From positions 480,001-544,000 of the forward strand of contig OZ243037.1 of the NCBI GenBank assembly GCA_965212015.1: a stretch of DNA of 64,000 nucleotides, in the 5' to 3' direction. This document shows positions 55,101 to 61,585 of the stretch, piece after piece. Both the position numbers and the translations under genes were made by a program. The notes under the pieces are model-generated. The model saw only the letters and a program-made list of their open reading frames with translations. It made no database searches and was not told the DNA's origin. The DNA comes from Cenarchaeum sp. (GTDB taxonomy: Archaea > Thermoproteota > Nitrososphaeria > Nitrososphaerales > Nitrosopumilaceae). Every line of letters begins with the position of its first letter. Position 1 is the stretch's first letter.

Positions 55101-55649
55101 GTTAGAAGAACCTACTACGAATACTCTGTCGCCGGTTGCGGAAAACGTCATGCCCACTGGAAAATATGGATTAGGTAATCCCGCAGCGATTACCGATAGT
55201 CTTACGTCGACGGCATAATCGGCATCAGATAGTTGATAGGGCGAGTCCAGGTCAAACATGTAAAGACGATCATGCTGGGTGCCAAGAAAGAACAACCTGT
55301 CGCCGCTTGTGGAAAATTCAATGTCAACCACGGAACTGTCTGCCACAGTCTCACTCACACGACCAACGGGGATTGGAAACGAACCTACAAACGCCGCGCT
55401 AGATGCATCATACGCAGGATTCGTGGAATATTCGACGATGCGGTTGGCAGACGAGTCCAAGACGAACATGCGCGTGCCGTCCTGTGAAAATTCCACATCT
55501 TCAGGGACAATGCCGCCTCCCGGCATGAAAAAGCCGACATAGTCGTAACCTCCAATATTAGTCGATATCTGCGCAAACGCGGGCACGGCCGTCACGAAAA
55601 CTGCCAAAATCAAGGATAAAGCTAGTGCATACGTCTGCATTTTCATCAT
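40143..55649 (-). CDS. Giant surface protein B (5168 aa): signal peptide, two beta-propeller heads, putative Ig domains, a long Big/SwmB-like stalk and the conserved C-terminal domain
   Basis: Signal MMKMQTYALALSLILAVFVTAVPAFAQ; FSxDGxRMF(V/I) propeller repeats; stalk modules shared with gene A; C-terminus near-identical to gene A. Confidence 0.9.
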   Translation of the reverse strand: MMKMQTYALALSLILAVFVTAVPAFAQISTNIGGYDYVGFFMPGGGIVPEDVEFSQDGTRMFVLDSSANRIVEYSTNPAYDASSAAFVGSFPIPVGRVSETVADSSVVDIEFSTSGDRLFFLGTQHDRLYMFDLDSPYQLSDADYAVDVRLSVIAAGLPNPYFPVGMTFSATGDRVFVVGSSNGNDPNYYVYPMRDNFDIRSIDFVALFNPISSHLSAHMHQDVAIADDYERVFVIRDNIISEYNGNENAIVSDDLRGSRTIDRDSSLSGIEFSADGTRMFITGTQHNRVYEYVENTSPPVFQNSPSVSLPEGTDLGDEPRLKFTAIDIDGGQITYRLFGAPSWMSIDTNTGQLEGIIPYNVVLCSANDRLEFNVLASDDGFTGIESDNAVLEYELVVTSSPNPSNSPSRATVDSLSIRASATTIDLSLYTTDKDDDTLTYHDAAVSPGGIISAASVDEAGILSITQNPGSTPSELTYGVCNGEDYIPLSMTLRGPDTTPSLPRFVTIPDAATIPEGTVIDSEQIDFSVSDINLDILSYRLDGAPDWLGIEIPDDLTDNVGRLSGTIQGTLPGRIPVTLQGSVPYDVVGCEGGSRSFTFDVLVSDDGFVDPANTISVQYTLTVTSQNRPDNNDPVIPTVLLYKGASTIDLNVFSSDEDGDVLTYSNPVTDFLTVENLLPNGMISVNVPHNPGSTGSMDITICDGTNIVTRTAALRLPIYEFVHSRNAANFQDDIRGIYFSDNGRNLFHVYNSDRIYETSLRLPAFDLSVLEIFTDDRFLDGTSRAIDVVFDNDGGNMFIIESDGDIHRYPLQNKFSADPIGTPVSFDIAPFFAGNPDTQPLTIRGLDFSANGDKMYVVTSKGTSPTDTVYEFTLDTNFGISSIGSTQFRNISEHVEFAQDIRISDDDRKLFIVDSSGDSQRDDTIVEYTFESNLDLSTIAFSGVYAVADQGDEPVGVVFSPNGYKMFVAETANDRINEYNIGVPFTMLSAPVITLPVEDNIISIFRGLSLPVQINFTRPLTGFTADDITLGGAVNGANPEISNFTGSGASYSFNVERGASDGTIDITIDRGVATDEFGHPNEASRLASTFIDGQPVPVINSTVTSPTNLLTISYMVEFSDSVTNFNDTGIEVSGSANGVVENFVEIDDDSYTFDVSHNSVEGVVSVFIPEGVANEFRSLNKNLASNRLNHTIDRIAPIPTLTSTSPEDTNSRTIPFTVDFGEPVTGFNHTGITVTGLADVDEDSFEAESDSVYNFDIVATADGLVSVQIPADVAQDAAENDNVASGDVARTVDTDRARAALSTEIDSPTKLAVIPYTVDFGEQVNGFVAADIDASIDDNDLTATNPVSDDGIIYTFNIAHGVNEGILTVSIPENVTTDNAGNNNTASESLAITIDRIAPTVTSASVISTGIIRLDVSETVFDRSATAADFTINGVASTPTVTSIAVSGSTITLTLSSLITDADDPVVSYTRNAGSIEDLATNPLADFANQIATNDLDTTRPVPTLTITSEPGAVTHTNSTTVSYMVEFDMDVVGFIEGDIMVEGSANNGNPETSNFVTVDDATYTFDVERDNSDGNVIVSIPENRATDMAGNQNIASSRLEITFDTLSPTAMLASTESGDTRLRTIPVNVTFSERVDDFGADDIIIVGSATAGAPTTDDNILYMFDVIATADGDVTVSIRENAARDAAGNRNAESETVAFMVDTERPSVGISTLTTSPTNSESISYTVEFREEVNDFDAGDITASIAGSTPTVTGPISTIGNTQTYMVTHNSNEGILTVSIPENVATDNAGNNNTASNILVHTIDRIAPTVTGASVSDTDTIILDISESLSESGGVASDFAISGVATNPSVSSIDITGSTITLNLDDSITDADLPLVSYTGTAGSIEDLAENPLAAFTNRAVENEIDTTGPVPTLTITSDPGSTHTNSITVSYMVTFDMDVTGFDRNDIEVEGSANNGNPEASNFVTVDGDEYTFDVERGDSDGNVIVFIPADMAIDGSGNQNVASNRLEITFDTAPPTLTLASTESGDTRLRIIPVNATFSERVDDFDTDDITIVGSATANTPTTDDNILYMFDIVATADGDVTVSIRVDAVRDVADNGNAASGTIAFAVDTERPSVEIASSTVTDLPTNLESISYTVTFRESINGFTAADITASIDGSTPTVTGPVLTIGDTQTYVVAHNSNEGMLTVSIPENVATDDAGNNNTASNILVHTIDRIAPTVIAASVLDTSTITLEISEPVSGGVPSDFTISGVATNPSVASIVITGSTITLNLDDSITDEDSPLVSYTGTAGSIEDPATNPLAAFTDRAVDNEIDTTRPAITSFGTESPDPTNSQTITYTVQFSETVTGFDATGIDVSGTSGGTAAEPTGSGTDYTFTVTRGISDGTVTVTIMEGAARDADDNLSFASSPVEITVDATPPTVTGASVSDTDTIVLTISELLSESGGAASDFAISGVATNPSVSSIDIAGSTITLDLNGLITDADNPVISYTGTAAIEDLAKNPLADFANESVTNNLDTTRPSVTDFTTTSSNPTNSQTITYTVQFSESVTGFSAAGIDVTGTSGGTANEPTGAGRDYEFTVTRGISDGTVTVTIMEGAARDADDNLSFASSPVEIVIDATPPTVTGAEVLNPNIIRLDLSEPISDNNAVASDFAIAGAASNPAVSSIAVSGSSIELSLTPSLTDADNPTVSYTRTTGGIEDPATNRLADFAGFTVTNDIDTTDPVPTLSTEIDSPTNLAVIPYMVEFTEAVSGFDGNGIDASIDGASLTASEPVTDDDTTYTFTVTHNVNEGELQVSIRAGAATDMDSNTSTASNTISHTIDRIAPTVTGASVSDTDTIILDISELLSESESVGVTSDFTISGVATNPSVASIVITGSTITLDLNSLITDADNPVISYTGTAGSIEDLAENPLAAFTDRTVENEIDTTGPVPTLTITSDPGATHTNGPEVSYRVEFDMDVDGFDMDDIEVSGSADGGNPEVTTFVTVSGSIYTFDVERDSSDGNVMVFIPADRATDRSGNQNVASDRLEIIFDTISPTLTLASAESGDTRLRTIPFNVTFSEEVGGFDRNDIIIEGSATANTPTTSDDIFYEFDLVATSDGPVTVSIRENAARDMADNGNAESETIALTVDTERPTVEITSLTVDDLPTNLESISYTVAFNEQVNDFVAGDISASIDGSPLTASSPVPGADNTYTFDVTHGTNEGELVVSIPENVTTDNAGNNNTASNELVHTVDRIAPTVVSASVSDTDTIILGISESVSGGIAFDFAISGVNSGPEVDSIAVSGSTITLNLDDSITDADLPLLSYTGTTGSIEDPATNPLANFANQAVMNNLDTTRPTVTSFTTTSSNPTNSQTITYAVQFSESVTGFSAAGIGVTGTSGGTAAEPTGTGRDYEFVVTRGASDGIVTVTILEGAARDVDNNLSFASSPVEIVIDATPPTVTGATVSDTDTIILEISEPVSGGAASDFTINGVASGPSVASIDITGSTVTLDLNDLITDADNPAVSYTGTVDIEDAAENPLADFANESVTNNLDTTRPTVTSFTTTSSNPTNSQTITYAVQFSEPVTRFNSTGISITGTSGGTAAEPTGTGRDYEFVVTRGASDGTVTVTILEGAARDVDNNLSFASSPVEIMTDATPPTVTGATVSDTDTIILDISEPVSDDSATASDFVISNVATNPAVSSITVSGSTVTLDLNRLITDADVPLVSYTRTAGSINDTAKNPLADFANEPATNDIDTTRPSVTAFTTTSSNPTNSQTITYAVQFSEPVTRFNSTGISVTGTSGGTAAEPTGGGINYEFVVTRGASDGTVTVTILEGAARDVDDNLSFASTPLEIVIDATPPTVTGAEVVNPNIIRLDLSEPVSDINAVASDFAISSAASNPAVSSIAVSGSSIELSLSQPLTDADNPIVAYTRTAGGIEDPATNRLADFANQAATNDIDTTAPVPTLSTDIDSPTNLAVIPYMVVFTEDVSGFDRSGIDASIDGATLTASNPVTNDDITYTFTVTHNVDEGELRVSIRAGAATDMDSNTNTASNTISRMIDRIAPTVTGATASDTDTIILEISEPVSGGAASDFTISGVATNPSVSSIGITGNTITLDLNGLITDADSPLISYTGTIDIEDAAENRLADFANQMAENDLDTTRPVPTLTITSEPGAVTHTNSPTVSYMVEFDMDVVGFTEGDIMVEGSANNGNPETSNFVTVDDATYTFDVERDGSDGNVIVSIPENRATDMAGNQNVASDRLEITFDTVSPTLMFASTESGDTKLRTIPFTVRFDEVVRGFDRNDIIIEGAATARQPTTSDEILYEFDLVATSDGPVTVSIRENAARDMANNGNAASGMITLTVDTGRVRADLSTDIDSPTNLATIPYTVDFGESVSGFDGNDIRVLIDGTPLTAPEPVPGAGDTYTFGVTHGVLEGELMVSILENSVMDGAENTNDASDTLVHTLDRIAPTVTDATVLDTDTIILTISELLSESGGAASDFAITGVATNPAVSSIDIAGSTITLNLDDSITDADNPVISYTGTAAIEDLAENPLADFAGQTATNDLDTTPPEPTLSTTASLVTSAVRLPFMVVFDMDVRGFDEDDIVLGGTASARIDAFEGTGASYTFDVNRRSSGGTITVSIPANIAQDFAGNNNTASNTITITIDTDRPLPIITANATSFTNGPAILYTVVFDMQVNGFNATGINVGGTANGRNPEASGFEAVNSTAYTFEVVRGSSDGTVRVQIPGNVATDAAGNPNAASIPVTITFDTVAPAATGGRVTGTSVIRLAMSEPVSDDSAAASDFTISGVASGPAVSSISVSGSRMNLFLDGIIEESDLPTVSYVQTSGNINDRATNPLADFADLAVTNDGFSDRTGDPGWRTKPTFGSSHITGDPIVSCGYSIDGRCTDVLDYHVNYTRQTIQTNSTHDFALKTYAQRGVKQFELAFGVPDIGAPINNAEAVITIDLVRNYTEPSTHSIDKISYANKNNVIGQNATFAVSQVRCLPADPELDCIRLDITGVLFREEMYHVPFAIHATDYKLRGTINYLNEGILVQGETLNELPVVTRSTKSASQSEPLVIQLTRTDKLSDVWTDQFGDTWTKNEWDTWRYVDRPTPSMVSSCRDIENRLCDAFSEKLDWHTTNMERLRDALYGKIYTEPAFDELNETIIVFGADATRSQVP

Positions 55650-55664
55650 TGTACAAATTTGTCA

Positions 55665-55676
55665 CCCCCCCCCCCC
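55665..55676 (-). promoter_or_regulatory. G12 homopolymer between TATA-like CTAAAATA and the ATG of gene B
   Basis: The minus strand reads TCTAAAATA-G12-TGACAAATTTGTACA-ATG. Confidence 0.6.
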
Positions 55677-55877
55677 TATTTTAGATGATTGGATCAATAT
55701 TACGATCAGCATGCTGAATTTGATCGGCTCTGCCGTATAATGGCGGGCCGGATGCGAATCTGCCGGATCGCACCGGCAGGCGGCGCCCACGTCGATGCCG
55801 GATTACACGATCATGTGACGCGCAGCGCAATATCCGCACCCGCGGTAAAAATCGCAAGACGGCCGGCACGGACAGGC

Positions 55878-56678
55878 CTATTTTGCGGGCCTTGTTTTTG
55901 TTCCAAAGAACGCCTTGCGCGCCGTACACAGGTATGTCGTGTGGCCCACGCCCAGAAACGAGTGGCGGGTCTTTCCCTCCCTGGCGTCAATAGTCCGGAG
56001 TATCTGCTCGGCGCACTCTATGTCGGTAAACTCGTTTTGCACCAGCGCAGCTGTGAGCTTTTCAAGCTGGTTCATGGTAGGGCATATCGCCACTATTGCC
56101 CCGCTTCCCTTTAACATCTTTCTTGCCTGCGGCACCACGGTCCACGGGTCGCCCAGATCAACTATTACGGCATCGGCATCCTCCACCGGCATCTTTCGCG
56201 CCTTTTTGATGTCCGTCTTGTTCATGGTGACGTATTTTTCCATCCCGGCCTTTGCAATGTTTTTTTGCGCAATCTCCATGAACTTGGAGTCGACATCAAA
56301 CGTGTGCACGTGTCCGCGCGGCTTTACTATCCCGGCGACAAAGGTGGTAAGCGAGCCGCTGCCGGTGCCAATCTCCACTATCTTGTGGCCGTCCCGGATT
56401 CCGGTGCGCGCCACAATATATCCGAGATCCTTGGGGTATACGATCTGCGTGCCGTGCCGGATCTTCATTATAAAGTCGTACGCAGTGGGCTTTAGCAGAT
56501 AGACGTACTTTTCCTTGTTGGTGATCAGCCTTTCGCCGAACTGCTTGCCTATCGCATCGGCATGGCTTATTACTCCGATGTGGGTGTGAAGCTGGTCGGC
56601 CTTTGAGACCTTTACCAGCCATTTCTTGGTAGAGTTGTAAAAAAATAGCACGTACGAGTTGTTTTTTATCTTTTCCAC
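55878..56678 (-). CDS. trmI: tRNA (adenine-N1)-methyltransferase TrmI (GCD14 family)
   Basis: HTHIG, TQIVYPKD, VEIGTGSGSLT, DLGDPW, PTMNQ and GHTTYL motifs; probable GTG start at 56678 (VEKIK). Confidence 0.92.
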   Translation of the reverse strand: MEKIKNNSYVLFFYNSTKKWLVKVSKADQLHTHIGVISHADAIGKQFGERLITNKEKYVYLLKPTAYDFIMKIRHGTQIVYPKDLGYIVARTGIRDGHKIVEIGTGSGSLTTFVAGIVKPRGHVHTFDVDSKFMEIAQKNIAKAGMEKYVTMNKTDIKKARKMPVEDADAVIVDLGDPWTVVPQARKMLKGSGAIVAICPTMNQLEKLTAALVQNEFTDIECAEQILRTIDAREGKTRHSFLGVGHTTYLCTARKAFFGTKTRPAK

Positions 56679-57123
56679 GCGCAATCCCCCACCATGATCA
56701 GATAATAACGTATTTGTTTTTGCAAAATCGCGCCACGTGCCTAAATCCGCCGGAGATTCCGGTTGTACGGGGGACAGACCTGTTATCTGTATTTGCACCC
56801 CAAAAGACGGTCAATGGAAACTTGTCAAAACGACCGAATTCTCCACAGGCCATCTGGCCAAAACCGACCCGGGCATGGCACACGCTCAGCAGGTGTGGCC
56901 GGATTGCATGCCGGCATTCAACGGATGGCCGTCATACGGCGGATTCCACATACGGCGATGGGCCCGCACACTGTGCGAGACAAGGCACCCGATGTTACTA
57001 GACGGCAGACGCCGTACGTGTCAGAACGGATGTATGGGCGTATGATTTGGCATGCAAATGCATGTCAGGCGCGTCAGATAATCCGCCTGATTCCGTGTGT
57101 ATTGTTCGCCATCATGCTGTGAG

Positions 57124-60100
57124 TTAGGCAATTCCCAGCCATCTCATCAGTCCCGTAAACCAGTCAACGGGCTCCTCCACGGGCTCGCATGTGCCGTCAA
57201 TGCTACGCATTCCGGGGTCGCATACGGACTCTGGCTTGGGATCCATCTCTACGGCAGCTGTTGTGTTTGAATCAGTCTCTGGCTCTGAATCCGTCTCTGT
57301 TGGTTCGGTGTCCTGTTTTACTGCCGGTTCGGAATCCACCTCTGGTTTTACGGGCTCTGATTCTATAGGCTCTTCAATTTCCGGAATCGCCTCGCATACG
57401 CCGTCAATGCCGCGCATTCCGGGGCCGCATGCAGGCTCTGCAACGGACTCGGTATTCTCAAAGTAGGGCTCAGTTGGTGGTATGATCTCTGCGGAGCCGA
57501 GATCATGCGGCGTGATTTCATATCCGGAGCACGAGGTGACATTGATGCTCTGGCCGGCATATGTCCACGTGTCCTTTATGGATGCAGAAACTTTGATCGT
57601 CTTTTCGTCTGTCGGAATGCCGGCGGCCTCAAACACCCCGAACATCCTTCCCCCGGACTCTGCCACGTATCTTGAGATGTGATCCGAGGTGACATCGTCT
57701 GCCGTCGTAATACGGCCGCCTGCCATAATGTCGACATTCATCTGCGTGCTGGAATATCCGGACGACGTAACTGCCCTGATCTTTCCCGTCTCGCCGCACA
57801 GGTCATAGATTGTGAGGTGTAGTGCCAGTATGTGCGGGAGTATGCCGCCGGATGTGTCTCCGAACCGGTTGTCCCGTATGATGGACTGTAGTACATCCGC
57901 GTTTATGCGACTTCCGCCGCCGCCTCCGCCACCGCCGCCTCCACCGGATGTTCTCGGGGTGTCGGATCCCTCGTCGGGAATAGTGGAATCGTCATCGGGT
58001 GCAATTGGGCCCGATCCGGAGACAGTCGCATTCAGGTTCAGCATTAGATTGGCAGAATCAGAGCCGTCACACACCGTATATGACAGCGTGTCAAACCCCG
58101 CAGCACCGGTCGCAGTGACATCCAGTATGCCGGTGGCAGAATCCAGCGCATTTACCGCAAACAGGCTGCTGTTTAGTGCAGACGGGCTGCCGTATGTCAA
58201 AAGGTCCATGTCGGCATCCGTGGTGTATCCGGAGAGATCAATGGCATCCGCATCTATGGCAAAATCCACATGACCCGTGGCATTGGTGACAGGCGGCGCA
58301 TTGCCGGCCCTCGGGGTGTTCGTTATGGTAATGGCATAGTTGCGCGATGCGTCATCCGTGCTGTCACCGTCAAAATCGTCATCAGATGCAAGCACGGTAA
58401 AGTCCACCGAACCGTCATCAGAACACCTTGCAGGCGTGTCCGTATCCCTGAAATCAGGCGAGTTGTCCTGTGGTACTGTTCCCTGCAGTATGCCCGTAAC
58501 GGCGTCTATGCCCAGCCAGGCTGGATGATTAGAGATGCCGTATGTCGGCGTCGTGCCGTCGGGATCGGTTGCGGTAAACGCCGGCAGAGCAGAGACGTCG
58601 CCGTCCTCTGCGGCCATCAGCGTAGCAGCGTCGGCAAGGACCGGCGCCGTGTCGGTAGGCGGCGGGTCTACAGGCGGCGTCGAGGCAACAAACATGACGG
58701 TATAGATACTGGATGCCTCGTTGCCGTTCTGGCCTGCATCCTCGACCAGACCCGCCGGAATGCTCACCATTATGGTGCCGTCCGAACCGTTACGGGACAC
58801 TATAAAGTCAAAGGTGGTGCCCTCCGTGCCTGTCCGAACCAGACCGGATGCCGTGTGAGTGCCGGCGCTTGCGGTGCTTGCCACGCTAATGTCATCTGTC
58901 TCAAACTGCATGTCCGGTATTTGCTCACTGAATGTGGCCGTGAACGATACGGCGTCCGATTCAGTCGCTGTGCCGTTTGTCACATTTCCGGTGATTCCCA
59001 CCGTGGGCGCAGTATTGTCAGGTATGCTAAACCGGAGTATGTCATTTGATATCTCGTCAACCATAAACAGGTGTCTGCCGTTGCCGGCAAGCGCCAAGTC
59101 GCGCAAGCTGACGCCGGGGTTGGGGATTGTCTGGCTTTTGCCGCTGTATTCCACCATGCCGGCAAGGGAGAACGGGACTGGCAGAGTGTGCTCGTATATC
59201 TGGTTATTATCCCCCACAACAAGCATGCCCGTTCCGCCTGGGAGAAATTCCACATCAGTAGGTGCACCGGGATTGGTACCGAGCGGATACGTGCCGCTGC
59301 ACGATATGCCCTCAAGGGAGAACGGGACGGGCAGAGTGCACTCGTTGACGCGGTTATTGACGTTAGTTAAGCCTGTCACAAAGAACAACTTTGTGCCGTC
59401 CGACGAGATGGTAAACCCAAGTGGGGATGCCTCAGATACGGTTCCGGGCAACCTGTGATGGCGCACAAACACGGGCGATGATGTGTCGTATGGCGAATCC
59501 AGATTATATTCCAGAAAACTGTTAAACTCGTCTGCCAGGATCATGCTGCGTCCGTCGTTTGAGAATTCAATGTCCACCAGGTCGATGCTGTCATTCGTAA
59601 AGTCCGAATCCTGTACATACGTGGTCATTGAACCGAGCATGATGTCTCCGTTGGGACTGGCCGTCGTGTTTGCAAAATCAAACGGCACGCCAGTCAGATA
59701 CTGGGTGATGGTACTGGCATCATTTTCCACGAGGAACAACTGCAGTCCGTCACTTGAGAATGCCATGCCCGACGGGCTGTCATTAGCAGTCCGCTCGAGG
59801 GTGCCGTCAAATTCAAGCTCACCGATTACTAGCGGATCGATGGCGTTGGCAATCCTGAATGTCAGGGGCTCGGTGTCTGTCTGTCCTCCGGCGGTGACAG
59901 TGGCGTTAAAGACGAACGTTCCGGCGGCATCCGGGGTCCACGTAAACGCGCCGGAGGGCGTTATTGTGGCACCCGACGGCGCACCGTCAAGGTTGAATGT
60001 TGCAGTGACGTCGTTTACAGTTCGGAATTGCAGCTGGATCTGCCCGTCAACTGTATACTGTGGAAGTATTGTTGGCAGGATGATTATGGGCAGAGCTGCA

Positions 60101-61554
60101 TAGTCATACGTATACGTGTTGGAAGGTGCCGTGTTGGTGTTTCCCTGCGGGTCATCGAACGCACCGGCGGCAATGCTCACGTCTATGGCCAGATCCTCTT
60201 CGCTGTGGTCTATCTGAAAGGTGTATCTAATGTCGGACGCCTTTACGATATTAATTGCCGTGTGGGTCGCAGTACCCATCGCGGTAATATCACTTGTCGT
60301 GAACGTACTTGCGTCTATGGGCTCGCTGAATGTCGCGTTAAAAGCGACCATATTCGAGATCGTAGTCTCGCCTGCCACCACGTCGGTGCTGGAGATTGTA
60401 ACGGTGGGGGGGCGGGTATCCCGTGTGGTAAAAGAGGAGGCAAAGGAAATGGCTTCCAAATTGCCGGCACTGTCCGCCGTACTTGTCGCCACACCTTCGG
60501 CAATCGATACCATCAGGGTACCAATGGAGGATCCCACATGGACATCAAACCTGTACAGGGCATCGTTGATCGTCCTAAAGTTCGTTATCCCGGGATTGGT
60601 GCCGTTTGCGGAACCCGTCAAGGTAATGTCGCCTTCAACAAATCCCGTCACATCCTCGCTGAATCGGACGGTAAATTCTATGACCGGCTCGGATGTGAAA
60701 GAGTTGTTTGGCAGAAAGCCGTTGATATCGGCGGTGATTGTCGCTATGACGGGCAGGGTAAAGGCGGTGGAGAGCGAATACTGGTAGACTAGGTCGTCAG
60801 TGCTAGTGATAAGATACATGACGGTGCCGTCAGATGAAAAGTCCATTCCACGGCCATTAGTATTAGGTAGGGGAAAAGTGTCAACGGGTGTCACACTGGT
60901 ACCGTTCAGGCTATAGGCCGGACTAAGGGCGTACTGGTTAACCCTAACGCCGTCCATTACAAACAGCCTTGTGCCGTCATTGGAGATTGACACGCTATGA
61001 GTAGTAACTAGGTCTGTGTCAAAGATGCCGTGGAGGGCGCTGACGGAACTATCCGTTATGTCAAAGGGGGTTGAGAGCTGGTATGATCGGACAGTGTCAC
61101 CCCCTCCAATAAACAACCACGAGCCGTCAGCAGAGAATGCAACCCCCTGACCGCCGGTGACGCAGCAGCTGGAAGGGGCGAGTCTATTGCCAATTGAACC
61201 GTCCGGATCGACTTGTACCGATACAAATTCGCCGCCGCGCGCATTATGCAGAACATACAAAGTATTGCCGTCATTGGAGACTGTCACATCCTGAATAGAG
61301 TGTCCTACCGAACCGGGAAATTCATGGTTGATTCCGGCCTCGGTGATACTGGTTATGTCAAAAGCGGTACCGAGCGTGTATCGGTAAACATTATTGGTTT
61401 CAATAACATACATTGTCCCGCCGTCGTTGGACATGGCCAACCCCACAGGCACATTTAGAGGATCGACATCATAAGTTAACTGCGCATATGCCGAGACTGG
61501 GATCAAAACCAACAATGGCAATAGGAAGGCCGCTACCAGCATGCTCTTTTGCAT
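57124..61554 (-). CDS. Large secreted/surface protein (1476 aa): two beta-propeller regions, Ig-like domains, a poly-Gly linker, Cys-motif repeats and an amphipathic C-terminal helix
   Basis: Signal MQKSMLVAAFLLPLLVLIPVSAYAQ; (F/I)SxDGTxL(F/Y) repeats; SGGGGGGGGGGGS; C(G/D)PGMR(G/S)IDG(V/T)CE twice; ends VDWFTGLMRWLGIA. Confidence 0.88.
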   Translation of the reverse strand: MQKSMLVAAFLLPLLVLIPVSAYAQLTYDVDPLNVPVGLAMSNDGGTMYVIETNNVYRYTLGTAFDITSITEAGINHEFPGSVGHSIQDVTVSNDGNTLYVLHNARGGEFVSVQVDPDGSIGNRLAPSSCCVTGGQGVAFSADGSWLFIGGGDTVRSYQLSTPFDITDSSVSALHGIFDTDLVTTHSVSISNDGTRLFVMDGVRVNQYALSPAYSLNGTSVTPVDTFPLPNTNGRGMDFSSDGTVMYLITSTDDLVYQYSLSTAFTLPVIATITADINGFLPNNSFTSEPVIEFTVRFSEDVTGFVEGDITLTGSANGTNPGITNFRTINDALYRFDVHVGSSIGTLMVSIAEGVATSTADSAGNLEAISFASSFTTRDTRPPTVTISSTDVVAGETTISNMVAFNATFSEPIDASTFTTSDITAMGTATHTAINIVKASDIRYTFQIDHSEEDLAIDVSIAAGAFDDPQGNTNTAPSNTYTYDYAALPIIILPTILPQYTVDGQIQLQFRTVNDVTATFNLDGAPSGATITPSGAFTWTPDAAGTFVFNATVTAGGQTDTEPLTFRIANAIDPLVIGELEFDGTLERTANDSPSGMAFSSDGLQLFLVENDASTITQYLTGVPFDFANTTASPNGDIMLGSMTTYVQDSDFTNDSIDLVDIEFSNDGRSMILADEFNSFLEYNLDSPYDTSSPVFVRHHRLPGTVSEASPLGFTISSDGTKLFFVTGLTNVNNRVNECTLPVPFSLEGISCSGTYPLGTNPGAPTDVEFLPGGTGMLVVGDNNQIYEHTLPVPFSLAGMVEYSGKSQTIPNPGVSLRDLALAGNGRHLFMVDEISNDILRFSIPDNTAPTVGITGNVTNGTATESDAVSFTATFSEQIPDMQFETDDISVASTASAGTHTASGLVRTGTEGTTFDFIVSRNGSDGTIMVSIPAGLVEDAGQNGNEASSIYTVMFVASTPPVDPPPTDTAPVLADAATLMAAEDGDVSALPAFTATDPDGTTPTYGISNHPAWLGIDAVTGILQGTVPQDNSPDFRDTDTPARCSDDGSVDFTVLASDDDFDGDSTDDASRNYAITITNTPRAGNAPPVTNATGHVDFAIDADAIDLSGYTTDADMDLLTYGSPSALNSSLFAVNALDSATGILDVTATGAAGFDTLSYTVCDGSDSANLMLNLNATVSGSGPIAPDDDSTIPDEGSDTPRTSGGGGGGGGGGGSRINADVLQSIIRDNRFGDTSGGILPHILALHLTIYDLCGETGKIRAVTSSGYSSTQMNVDIMAGGRITTADDVTSDHISRYVAESGGRMFGVFEAAGIPTDEKTIKVSASIKDTWTYAGQSINVTSCSGYEITPHDLGSAEIIPPTEPYFENTESVAEPACGPGMRGIDGVCEAIPEIEEPIESEPVKPEVDSEPAVKQDTEPTETDSEPETDSNTTAAVEMDPKPESVCDPGMRSIDGTCEPVEEPVDWFTGLMRWLGIA

Positions 61555-61585
61555 ATACCTCCCATCCCCCCGATTGCTTATAAAA

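Noticed and set aside
17300-61460. Dozens of plus-strand ORFs (60-300 aa) opposite the giant genes
   Set aside because: They are antisense shadows of repetitive, codon-biased minus-strand genes; they repeat with the cassettes and have no independent motifs.
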